In this document: positions 1 to 7,815 of the stretch, in pieces
Numbering within the stretch: position 1 is the first letter of the stretch
Layout of the letters: each line of letters starts with the position of its first letter
Source of the DNA: an uncultured bacterium
GTDB lineage: Bacteria; Hydrogenedentota; Hydrogenedentia; Hydrogenedentales; JAEUWI01
Direction: 5' to 3'
DNA: 14,267 nucleotides
Assembly (NCBI GenBank): GCA_963977445.1
Contig: CAXBPH010000182.1
Location: 1-14,267, forward strand
Program-made: the position numbers and the translations under genes
The notes under the pieces: generated by a model
Database searches by the model: none
Seen by the model: only the letters and a program-made list of their open reading frames with translations
What the model was told of the DNA's origin: nothing

Positions 1-276
1 TGTCAGATCGTGGAATTGCTGGAATTGGCACCCTCGACGGTCTCCAAGCATCTGGCCATACTGCGACAGGCAGGTTTGGTGACCTCGCGAAAAGATGGAC
101 GTTGGATTTATTTCGCCCTGCAAGATGACAAGAAAACGCCCGATGTGGCAGAAACCTTGACCTGGCTGTTCAGCCGCCTGGACGTATCGCCCCAATATGC
201 GATCGACCGAAAACGGCTTGAGCAGATCCTGAAGCAGGACCCCGTAGCCTTATGTCAGAGACAGAACAAAAGCTGA
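1..276 (+). CDS. arsR: ArsR/SmtB-family metalloregulatory repressor (5' end outside window)
   Basis: Frame 1 is open from base 1 (CQIVELLELAPSTVSKHLAILRQAGLVTSRKDGRWIYFAL), which fits the winged-HTH signature S-x-H-L-x-x-L-x-x-A-G-L-V...G-R-W-x-Y. The leading Cys is probably the end of an ELCVC-type As(III) box. It lies directly upstream of arsC and acr3 and overlaps arsC by 25 nt. Confidence 0.93.
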   Translation, partial: CQIVELLELAPSTVSKHLAILRQAGLVTSRKDGRWIYFALQDDKKTPDVAETLTWLFSRLDVSPQYAIDRKRLEQILKQDPVALCQRQNKS

Positions 277-698
277 ATGTACTTTTTCTTTGCACCGGCA
301 ATTCCTGCCGGAGCCAGATGGCCGAAGGCTGGTGTCGCCATCTGAAGGGGGACACGATTCGGGCCTTTTCGGCGGGCATCGAAACCCACGGGCTCAACCC
401 CAATGCCGTCCAGGTCATGAAAGAAGTGGGCGTCGATATTTCCGGCCAGGAATCCCACCATATCGACAGCTTTCGTGACACGCCCCTTGACCACGTGATT
501 AGTGTGTGCAGCCATGCCCATGAGAATTGTCCGGTCTTTCCGGGCAACACCAAAGTCACCCACGTGGGATTCGATGACCCACCCCGGCTGGCCCGTGAAG
601 AAGCCACGGAAGAAGCCGGTCTCGCCCACTATCGCCGGGTCCGCGATGAAATTCGCGCCTTTGTAGAGACCCTCCCCGATTTCCTAACCCGCCCATAA
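252..698 (+). CDS. arsC: Arsenate reductase, thioredoxin-coupled LMW-PTPase type
   Basis: P-loop [20 protein letters not shown] motif, redox Cys pair in [14 protein letters not shown], and a DDP motif; arsenic operon context. Confidence 0.95.
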   Translation: MSETEQKLNVLFLCTGNSCRSQMAEGWCRHLKGDTIRAFSAGIETHGLNPNAVQVMKEVGVDISGQESHHIDSFRDTPLDHVISVCSHAHENCPVFPGNTKVTHVGFDDPPRLAREEATEEAGLAHYRRVRDEIRAFVETLPDFLTRP

Positions 699-727
699 TA
701 GATCCATCCCCTGTAAGGAATACCTCC

Positions 728-1912
728 ATGGATAACGCTGCCTGCCCGACGACCCAAGCCTCGATGAGCCTCTTTGAACGTTACCTGACCCTGTGGGTGG
801 GGTTGTGTATGGTGGGCGGTATTGCCCTCGGGCGTTTTGCCCCCTCCGTAGCCACCACGCTGGACGGCATGACGCTCGATGTAAATGGTGCGCCCGTGGT
901 CTCTATCCCCATTGCCATTTGTCTCTTTTTCATGATGTATCCCATCATGGTGAAAATTGATTTCGGCGAGGTGGTGCAGGCGGGAAAAAGCACCAAACCC
1001 GTATTACTCACGCTCATCGTCAACTGGGCCATCAAGCCCTTCACCATGTATGTCATTGCCCTGTTCTTTCTGGGCGGTGCCCTCAATGGCCTGATTGGTG
1101 CTGACGCGGTCGACCTGGTGAAACTTCCTCTGGGCGTAGACTTGTCGGTGGGCGACACCTACGGCGCGGGTACGGTGGTGGTGGTGGACGGCATCCAGAT
1201 GTTGGAAGTTCCCCTGTGGCGAAGCTATCTCGCGGGGTGCATCCTGCTGGGCATCGCGCCGTGTACCGCCATGGTATTGGTCTGGGGCTATCTGGCCCGG
1301 GGCAACGATGGGCACACCCTGGTCATGGTCGCCATAAATTCGCTTGCCATGCTCGTGTTGTTTGGCGTCATCGGCGGCTTTCTGCTGGGCGTCGGTCAGC
1401 TCCCGGTGCCGTGGGAGGCCCTGTTGCTTTCTATCAGCGTCTATGTGGCCCTGCCCCTGGTTTGTGGCTATTTTAGTCGCAAACTCATCTTGCGGGCCAA
1501 AGGCGAGACCTGGTTCAAGGAGCGTTTCCTCCACCGCCTCACCCCCATTACCATTGGGGCCCTTTTGCTGACCCTCGTGTTGCTCTTTTCCTTCAAGGGC
1601 GACGTGATTCTGGCCAATCCCCTGACCATTCTCTGGATCGCAATCCCCCTCACGATTCAAACCATATTGATCTTCGCCGTGACCTTTGTTCTGGCGAAAC
1701 TCATCGGCCTCAATTATCGCGATGCGGCACCGACGGCGCTCATTGGCGCTTCCAACCACTTCGAAGTGGCCATCGCGACGGCCGTCATGCTCTTCGGCCT
1801 GTCATCCGGTGCGGCGTTGGCAACCGTGGTGGGCGTCCTCATTGAGGTGCCCTTGATGCTGCTCCTCGTGCGGGTTTGCCTCCGAAGCGAACGTTGGTTT
1901 CCCGCCGCATAG
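728..1912 (+). CDS. acr3: Acr3-family arsenite efflux transporter
   Basis: [39 protein letters not shown] (conserved Cys), [10 protein letters not shown] and GVLIEVP motifs; about 10 hydrophobic segments; AAGGA RBS upstream. Confidence 0.96.
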   Translation: MDNAACPTTQASMSLFERYLTLWVGLCMVGGIALGRFAPSVATTLDGMTLDVNGAPVVSIPIAICLFFMMYPIMVKIDFGEVVQAGKSTKPVLLTLIVNWAIKPFTMYVIALFFLGGALNGLIGADAVDLVKLPLGVDLSVGDTYGAGTVVVVDGIQMLEVPLWRSYLAGCILLGIAPCTAMVLVWGYLARGNDGHTLVMVAINSLAMLVLFGVIGGFLLGVGQLPVPWEALLLSISVYVALPLVCGYFSRKLILRAKGETWFKERFLHRLTPITIGALLLTLVLLFSFKGDVILANPLTILWIAIPLTIQTILIFAVTFVLAKLIGLNYRDAAPTALIGASNHFEVAIATAVMLFGLSSGAALATVVGVLIEVPLMLLLVRVCLRSERWFPAA

Positions 1913-1921
1913 GCGGGTAGT

Positions 1922-3169
1922 TCAGCGGCCCGGCCACCAGTTATTTATGGCAGTCGTCAGGGCCGCAACGCGCTCGGGCTGGCTCGATGCCCGATCCCGC
2001 GCTTCGTGGGGGTCTTCGGTAATGTTGTAGAGTTCGGCGGCCTTGCCCGTCGCGGCCGGCAGGATGAGCTTCCAGTCCCCTTCGATACACCAACGGTATT
2101 CGAGGCTGGTCGCAGGCACGTTGATATCCACCGCGTCGTGGGAAAAGATTTCACCAAAGATGCGTTCGCGGGCGACAGGCGGCCCCGCCAACAGACTGAG
2201 TCCTGGCATGGCATCGGTTGGGGTCGCGCCGCAGGCCTCCAGAATGGTCGGAATCAGATCGAGGCTCAGCACCGGGGTGGTGGTATCCAAACCCGGGGCA
2301 ATCTTTCCCGGCCACTTCAGAATGATGGGCGTGCGTAGGCCGCCATCATAGGGGGACCGCTTGCTTCGGGGCGCAAAGCCCCGCTTGTCTTCGTTTTGAA
2401 TCCAGCCATTGTCTGTCACATAAACGACGAGGGTATTTTCGGTGAGCCCCCGCTGGTCGATCATCCCCAGGAGCTCGCCACAAGTTTCGTCGAACCAGTC
2501 ACACATGGCCCAGTATTTCGCGACAAATTCAGAGCGCCCTTCGGCCCGGTATTTGTTGAGCAAACGCTCCGGTGGCGTGTGGGGCTCGTGGGGCAGGAAG
2601 GGGGCATACCACAGGAAGAAGGGCGTACCTTCCGTTTCATCAAGAAAATCGGCAATGGGTTGCAGGCCGGTGCGCCCGATTTGAAGGCCCTCATCACCGT
2701 GACGGCCACCCCGGGTAACATCACCGTGGGTCATGCCGTGGGTGAAGCCCCCTCGGGTGTAGTTCCCTTCCCACCATTTGCCGGACTGATGGGAAACATA
2801 CCCTTTCTCTCCCAGCAGATCGGCAATCGTGGTGGCCCCATCGATGTGCGCCAGCATGAGATTTCGGTCCGTGCCCTTGGGTGGATCATTGCCGGTAATT
2901 TTGTTTTGGTGGGGATAGAGCCCGGTGGCGAGGCTGGCCAGGCTGGGCCGACAAAGGCTCGAAGGGACATAGCCACGGGTGTAGGTGAACCCCTCTGCCG
3001 CCAGTTTATCCAGATGGGGTGTTTCGATAGCCTCGTGCCCCATAAAGCCATAGTCGCCCCAGGCCTGGTCATCACTGATAATCAGAACCACATTGGGCGG
3101 TGCCGCGGTGACGATGGTTGCCGAAAGGAAACAAGACGCGATGAACAAGAAGGCATTTAGTCGTTTCAA
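1922..3169 (-). CDS. Exported sulfatase-family hydrolase (alkaline phosphatase superfamily), about 415 aa
   Basis: PNVVLIISDDQ, TPHLDKLA, SLCRPSLASLATG, GKWW, PFFLW, PHEP, TDNG, KRSPYDGGLRTP and ELYNITEDPHE motifs. I place the start at TTG 3169 (GGAGA 7 nt upstream), giving a signal peptide MKRLNAFLFIASCFLSATIVTAA. The ORF-track start at 3250 looks too long. Confidence 0.9.
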   Translation of the reverse strand: MKRLNAFLFIASCFLSATIVTAAPPNVVLIISDDQAWGDYGFMGHEAIETPHLDKLAAEGFTYTRGYVPSSLCRPSLASLATGLYPHQNKITGNDPPKGTDRNLMLAHIDGATTIADLLGEKGYVSHQSGKWWEGNYTRGGFTHGMTHGDVTRGGRHGDEGLQIGRTGLQPIADFLDETEGTPFFLWYAPFLPHEPHTPPERLLNKYRAEGRSEFVAKYWAMCDWFDETCGELLGMIDQRGLTENTLVVYVTDNGWIQNEDKRGFAPRSKRSPYDGGLRTPIILKWPGKIAPGLDTTTPVLSLDLIPTILEACGATPTDAMPGLSLLAGPPVARERIFGEIFSHDAVDINVPATSLEYRWCIEGDWKLILPAATGKAAELYNITEDPHEARDRASSQPERVAALTTAINNWWPGR

Positions 3170-3200
3170 AACAAAATCTCCGCTTTTGGGGTGAATCTTC

Positions 3201-3230
3201 ATGATACAGAAGCACTGGCCACCCCACCAA
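3201..3230 (-). promoter_or_regulatory. Possible sigma70-type promoter for the sulfatase gene
   Basis: Minus strand reads TTGGTG-18 nt-TATCAT, with the -10 box ending about 30 nt upstream of the proposed TTG start. Confidence 0.3.
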
Positions 3231-3336
3231 CACAGGAGCACCCAAGCCAAGCCCCGAGTTTGGGAAAAATGCCTTCAGCGGACATTCAACATAAGGCGGA
3301 CACCAGAACGTGCTCCTCGTCTCCACATATTAGGAG

Positions 3337-3365
3337 TTGTGTAATCGTACACACCGTGATACATT
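3337..3365 (+). promoter_or_regulatory. Putative sigma70-type promoter for the porin gene, overlapped by a palindromic operator
   Basis: TTGTGT (3337-3342)-17 nt-TACATT (3360-3365) with an extended -10 TG at 3357-3358. Inverted repeat TGTGTA-ATCG-TACACA at 3338-3353, in an AT-rich patch. Confidence 0.5.
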
Positions 3366-3466
3366 GATACTTTCAAGTTTTTCAGGTCGAACACTCGTAG
3401 TGCTCTGAGAACGTGGATGTGAGAGAAGGGGCGGCGGAAACGTCTCCGGAAAGCGGGAGAGATGCA

Positions 3467-4987
3467 ATGCGAACATGGATCGGCGTAGTAGCAACTATTC
3501 TTATGACATTACCAGTCATGGCAGAATTGCAGAGTGTGGAAGTGGGGGGAGAGCTGCGAATTCGCGCGCAGGGCAACATTAATTTTCAGAACTCTGAAGG
3601 TGACACGGCCCGGGTGCTTATCCCGAATCAGGCCGTCTGGGGTCGTCCCATCGGTGCCTCGGGACTGGGAAGCCGATATCGCTTTGACAACCGGGGCGAG
3701 GATCGGCACTTCGTTGAATCGCAAACCCGCCTTCATGTTACGGCCAAATTTTCCGATGAGGTGCTTTCGTTTATCGAGTTTGAGCAAAATGGGAGATGGG
3801 GCACGGATTTCAGATCCAATTATATAACGGGCGTGGATGGCCCCGGCAACGCCGATATTTCATTGCTTCAATCCTATATCGAAGCGCAAAATTTTATGGG
3901 CTTACCCCTTCGAATCCGCATTGGCCGACAAACCATGAAGCAAGGTAAGGGATGGCTGGTTGGTGATCTAATCTCGGCCGTTAACGCCTTTTCCTTCGAC
4001 GCCATTCGAGCCACCTACAGCCAGAATGATCTGACCATCGATGGATGGATGAGCAAGCTCACCGAGACCAACTCGGGCGATGAGGATGTGGATTTTTACG
4101 GTTTGTATGGCACCTATTCGGGATTCGAATCGATCAGCGCGTCGCTATACTGGATGTATATCCGGGACGCCGGATCGCTGAACGACACCAATTTCAGTCC
4201 GGGCTTGGAGTGGCTGGAAGACGTCTTTGGTTACGATGACTACGGCGCTACCGAACTCCATACTGTTGGCACCCGTATCTGGGGCGGGTTCGACGGGTTC
4301 GATTTTGACTGGGAATTGGCCTATCAGTTCGGTGACGCCAGCCGCCAGGGCTTTGGCTTCAAACCCGTTGCCGGTATCTACGGTGATGACGACGCAAAGT
4401 TTGGGAGTTTCGGTACCGACCTCGAGTTGGGCTACACCTTCGATATGGCCTGGTCACCAAGAGTATATTTGGGCGGCGCGTGGTTTGAAGGGGAAGACAA
4501 CCGTGATATTCGCTTCCTCGATCTTCTGAATCCGGTCTACAAGAGTGACGCGAGCGTTTCGTTTAATCGCCTTTTTGCCCATACGTCCATGAAGTATTCC
4601 TTTATACTCGATGGAGGCCAGGTGCTCTCAAACTTCCAGGCGGTACGTCTGGGAATCGTAGTGCAGCCCACGAAAAAGACCGAACTGGGATTTGAACTGG
4701 AACAATTCTGGGTAGACGAGGTCTTTGACCGCCCCGCACTCTTATTCCCTATACTCAGCAGCGTGTGGACGCAAGAATCTGACGACAATCTCGGTCTCCA
4801 GACCTCGATCTGGGGGCACTACGATATTACTTCTGATTTGTGGGTAAGTTTCCGATGGGAGCACCTTTTCAGTGGGGATGCCATCTCGGATGGGAACTTT
4901 TCGGATCGCTATGGCCTCCAATTTCTGCAAGGAAGGAACGACGACGACGCGGACTATGTCGAATCCACTATAGGCATTAAATTTTAG
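3467..4987 (+). CDS. Alginate-export (AlgE-like) outer-membrane beta-barrel porin, about 506 aa
   Basis: ATG 3467 follows GGGAGA. Signal peptide MRTWIGVVATILMTLPVMA, then VGGELRIR, LLQSYIEA, LRIRIGRQ, SFDAIRATY, LHTVGTRIWG, DWELAYQFG and ELGYTF strands; acidic/aromatic composition; C-terminal Phe (IGIKF). Confidence 0.85.
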   Translation: MRTWIGVVATILMTLPVMAELQSVEVGGELRIRAQGNINFQNSEGDTARVLIPNQAVWGRPIGASGLGSRYRFDNRGEDRHFVESQTRLHVTAKFSDEVLSFIEFEQNGRWGTDFRSNYITGVDGPGNADISLLQSYIEAQNFMGLPLRIRIGRQTMKQGKGWLVGDLISAVNAFSFDAIRATYSQNDLTIDGWMSKLTETNSGDEDVDFYGLYGTYSGFESISASLYWMYIRDAGSLNDTNFSPGLEWLEDVFGYDDYGATELHTVGTRIWGGFDGFDFDWELAYQFGDASRQGFGFKPVAGIYGDDDAKFGSFGTDLELGYTFDMAWSPRVYLGGAWFEGEDNRDIRFLDLLNPVYKSDASVSFNRLFAHTSMKYSFILDGGQVLSNFQAVRLGIVVQPTKKTELGFELEQFWVDEVFDRPALLFPILSSVWTQESDDNLGLQTSIWGHYDITSDLWVSFRWEHLFSGDAISDGNFSDRYGLQFLQGRNDDDADYVESTIGIKF

Positions 4988-5000
4988 GCGACTGCACGGT

Positions 5001-5040
5001 AACGGGCGATCTCGTGGCAAGAGATTGCCCGTTTTCTGTT
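5001..5040 (+). terminator. Rho-independent terminator after the porin gene
   Basis: 13-bp stem AACGGGCGATCTC / GAGATTGCCCGTT (one G-U pair), 7-nt loop, running into TTTTCTGTT; begins 13 nt after the stop codon. Confidence 0.8.
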
Positions 5041-5082
5041 GGTCTGACACGGTCTAAAGTCCAGACGGACCATCTGTATTTT

Positions 5083-5111
5083 TTGTGATCTTTTCAGCGA
5101 GCCTATATACT
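5083..5111 (+). promoter_or_regulatory. Putative sigma70 promoter of the glycosylation operon
   Basis: TTGTGA (5083-5088)-17 nt-TATACT (5106-5111), located downstream of the terminator and 56 nt upstream of the GT2 start. Confidence 0.6.
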
Positions 5112-5167
5112 GCCCTTTCGTTGTAGACACAGTCCCACCCCAGCCTTGGAGGCCCAACACAACGCCC

Positions 5168-6181
5168 ATGGTAGCATCCAGCTCATCCCCGTCCAGCACC
5201 CCGTCGCTCACCGTGATCTGTCCCATGTATAACGAGGGTGTCGCGATTTCGGAGAATCTGACGCGATTACTGCACGCCCTGGACCAGCTCAACCGAACGT
5301 GGGAACTCCTGATTGTCAACGACGGAAGCACGGACGATTGTGGGGAGCAAGTCACTGCCATAGCCGCTACCGAATCTCGCTTGCATCTGTTGGGTTACCC
5401 CAAAAATCGCGGCCGGGGCTATGCCCTGCGACTGGGCTTCAAACACGCCCGAGGCGAGACTATTGTCACCACGGAATCGGACCTGAGCTGGGGAGCTGAG
5501 ATTGTCGCCACGCTCCTCGAAGGTCTGGAATCGCAGGACTGCGACATGATTGTAGCCTCGCCCCATGCCCCCGGTGGACGTCTGGAAAATGTGCCCGCCA
5601 AGCGGGTCTTCCTGAGTCGCTTTGGCAATAAGATCCTGAAGCACGCCACCCAGTCGCCTATCACCATGTTGAGCGGCATGACCCGCGCCTACCGCCGGGA
5701 AGTCATCGATGCGCTCTTCCTGGAACATGACGGTAAGGAAATACACCTGGAAATTGTTTCGCAGGCCGATGCGCTGGGTTTTCGAATTGGGGAAATTCCT
5801 GCCGTACTCCGGTGGGCCCCGCCGAAACCGGGTGCGCCCACGCGGACGTCCAGCTTTAACGCGCCGAAATATATTTACTCCCACATCATGTTTACCTTTG
5901 GCCAGGCCCCCTTCCTGCTCATGGGCACTGCTGGATTCGTCAGCATTTTTTTCGGCTGTGCCCTCATGCTCTACCTCGCCTACCAGTCCATCGCCCATGA
6001 TATTCATGCCGGTGGACGTCCCCTGCTGATTATTGCCTTGTTGCTCATAGTCAGCGGCGTGCAATTCCTGTTGTTTTCTTTCAGCGCGGGTCAAATCGTG
6101 CAGCTTCGTCGTCTGGTCATCCAATTGCGCAACAAAGTCATGAATCAGAAAAACGATAATGATGGGGACCGGCGGCCATGA
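5168..6181 (+). CDS. GT2 glycosyltransferase, polyprenyl-phosphate sugar synthase type (DPM1/GtrB/ArnC-like)
   Basis: LTVICPMYNE, LLIVNDGSTD, NRGRGYALRLGF, TTESDLS (DxD position) and RIGEIP motifs, plus two C-terminal transmembrane helices. Confidence 0.9.
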   Translation: MVASSSSPSSTPSLTVICPMYNEGVAISENLTRLLHALDQLNRTWELLIVNDGSTDDCGEQVTAIAATESRLHLLGYPKNRGRGYALRLGFKHARGETIVTTESDLSWGAEIVATLLEGLESQDCDMIVASPHAPGGRLENVPAKRVFLSRFGNKILKHATQSPITMLSGMTRAYRREVIDALFLEHDGKEIHLEIVSQADALGFRIGEIPAVLRWAPPKPGAPTRTSSFNAPKYIYSHIMFTFGQAPFLLMGTAGFVSIFFGCALMLYLAYQSIAHDIHAGGRPLLIIALLLIVSGVQFLLFSFSAGQIVQLRRLVIQLRNKVMNQKNDNDGDRRP

Positions 6182-7815
6182 CCCCGACTTCCGTGGCCGC
6201 CATTTTCGCCGAGCCCATGTTGGCGCAACTCCCCCGCCTGTTGACCCAGGTGGACCGCAACCCCCATTCCCCCACCTATGGGTGTTGTTGCCGCAACCAC
6301 TGGCACTATCGCATTGAAGACATCGCCAACAGCCAGATGCAGGAGATGGTGCTGACCTTTGCGTTGGCCTGGAAACTGGACCTTCCCGACAACCCCTATT
6401 ATCAATCACCACGGCTCCTGGAATGGATTGAAGCCATCCTGACCTACACGACGACCCTTCAACGGGGTCGGGGAAGTTTTGACGAAGTCTACCGGGGACA
6501 GGACTCCTACGCGGCAACGGCCTTTGTCACGTTTTATGTTTCAGAGACTATCCTGCAACTGGGCCGCAATCTCTCCGGCACGCTCCGCAAGACGCTGGAC
6601 ACCATGCTCTATGAGGCTGCCCGTTGGCTGGGCCGAACGGAGGAGGCCCTCGCGGGCAATCAGGTATCGGGCGCGGCGGCGGCCTTCATGAATCTGGTGG
6701 CACTCGATCCAGGACGGGGTTACGAAGCGGGCTTTGACGACCTCATGCAGGGGCTGCTCCAACTGCAAACGGAGGAAGGGTGGCTTCCCGAATATGGCGG
6801 CGCCGATGTGGGCTATGCCTCCCTCACCCACAGCTATCTCGCCCTGATAGCCCATCGCACCGGAGACAAACGGGCACGGGCTATGGCGGACAAAAGTGCG
6901 GCATTCCTTCAGCATGTAATTCACCGCGACGGAACCGTTGGCGGGGTCTATGGCAGTCGCAACACCGAGTATTTCATTCCCCTTGGTGCTGTGTTGGATG
7001 TCCATCGCGATGAGCCAACGGCACGTTTGTTTCACTTCCTGGTGACGGGAATCGCTTCGGGAGAGCATGCCCTCGTCACGGATTGCCTTGACGACCGCTA
7101 CCTCGCCTATCTGAGCCCTTTTTACCTACTCAGCGCCCAGGCCGCATTGGGCATGTCTGACACAACGGTTCCTGTGCCGCCCCCATGGGAAGGCGCGCAG
7201 CACGTTGTGGGCGCAGGTCTGTGGATTGTTGAGCACTCCGCACTCAAGCTGGTAGTCAATCTGAAAAAGGGCGGCGTTTTTCATCTTGATTTGGATGATA
7301 TGGCCTTTGTAGACCATGGTTATTTCGGTGACATTCCCGATGGTCAGGTGGTGACGACCCAGTTCCTCGATCACGAGTCCGAAATTAATGTCGAAGGGAA
7401 TCGGGCTCGGCTCTCTGCCCGCCTTGTGGTCAACCGACCGGTCTCCATTTCGCCGTGGAAAAATATTGCGGTGCGGGCCTTCAACCTCATCGTCCCCGCA
7501 CCGGGTCGGCGGATTTTTCTCGACTTCCTCCGCAATCGTGCGGTGGGGGCCGGTGAATCCGTAGGTACGGTGCTCCGTGAGATTGTGGTCACGGCGACGA
7601 CCGTGGAAGTGACCGATCACATCAAGGTGGATGAGCCCGTCTTAAACCTGGAGCTCCAACTCGAATCGGAGCGGGCCTTTTCCTTTGCCTCCACCGGATT
7701 CTTTCAACCCCAGGAACTCTATACCAGCGACGGGGCCATTCCGATTGATTTGGCGGGGGGCCCCACCACGCTACGACGTCGCTACTCGGCGACGGGCATG
7801 GAAGTCATTGAATGA
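6178..7815 (+). CDS. Uncharacterised protein; predicted alpha/alpha-toroid N-domain plus beta-rich C-domain (heparinase II/III-like or prenyltransferase/cyclase-like fold)
   Basis: 545 aa ORF joined by ATGA overlaps to both neighbours. Helical region with repeated (Q/H)xxxG turns: LQRGRGSF, LQTEEGW, IHRDGTV. Beta-strand-like C-terminus (LKLVVNLKKGGVFHL, TVLREIVV, VEVTDHIKV). No signal peptide. The CDS is secure; the fold call is inference. Confidence 0.7.
   Translation: MTPTSVAAIFAEPMLAQLPRLLTQVDRNPHSPTYGCCCRNHWHYRIEDIANSQMQEMVLTFALAWKLDLPDNPYYQSPRLLEWIEAILTYTTTLQRGRGSFDEVYRGQDSYAATAFVTFYVSETILQLGRNLSGTLRKTLDTMLYEAARWLGRTEEALAGNQVSGAAAAFMNLVALDPGRGYEAGFDDLMQGLLQLQTEEGWLPEYGGADVGYASLTHSYLALIAHRTGDKRARAMADKSAAFLQHVIHRDGTVGGVYGSRNTEYFIPLGAVLDVHRDEPTARLFHFLVTGIASGEHALVTDCLDDRYLAYLSPFYLLSAQAALGMSDTTVPVPPPWEGAQHVVGAGLWIVEHSALKLVVNLKKGGVFHLDLDDMAFVDHGYFGDIPDGQVVTTQFLDHESEINVEGNRARLSARLVVNRPVSISPWKNIAVRAFNLIVPAPGRRIFLDFLRNRAVGAGESVGTVLREIVVTATTVEVTDHIKVDEPVLNLELQLESERAFSFASTGFFQPQELYTSDGAIPIDLAGGPTTLRRRYSATGMEVIE

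Noticed and set aside
1..1912. ars operon as a novel system or mobile resistance island
   Set aside because: arsR-arsC-acr3 is a common arrangement and no mobility signatures are visible; the left flank is outside the window.
5267..6517. Long antisense ORF (416 aa), and similar ones at 8286-9383, 1004-1759, 2396-3160 and 11974-12702
   Set aside because: They lie opposite well-supported genes, show no recognisable motifs, and are the expected shadow ORFs in GC-rich DNA.
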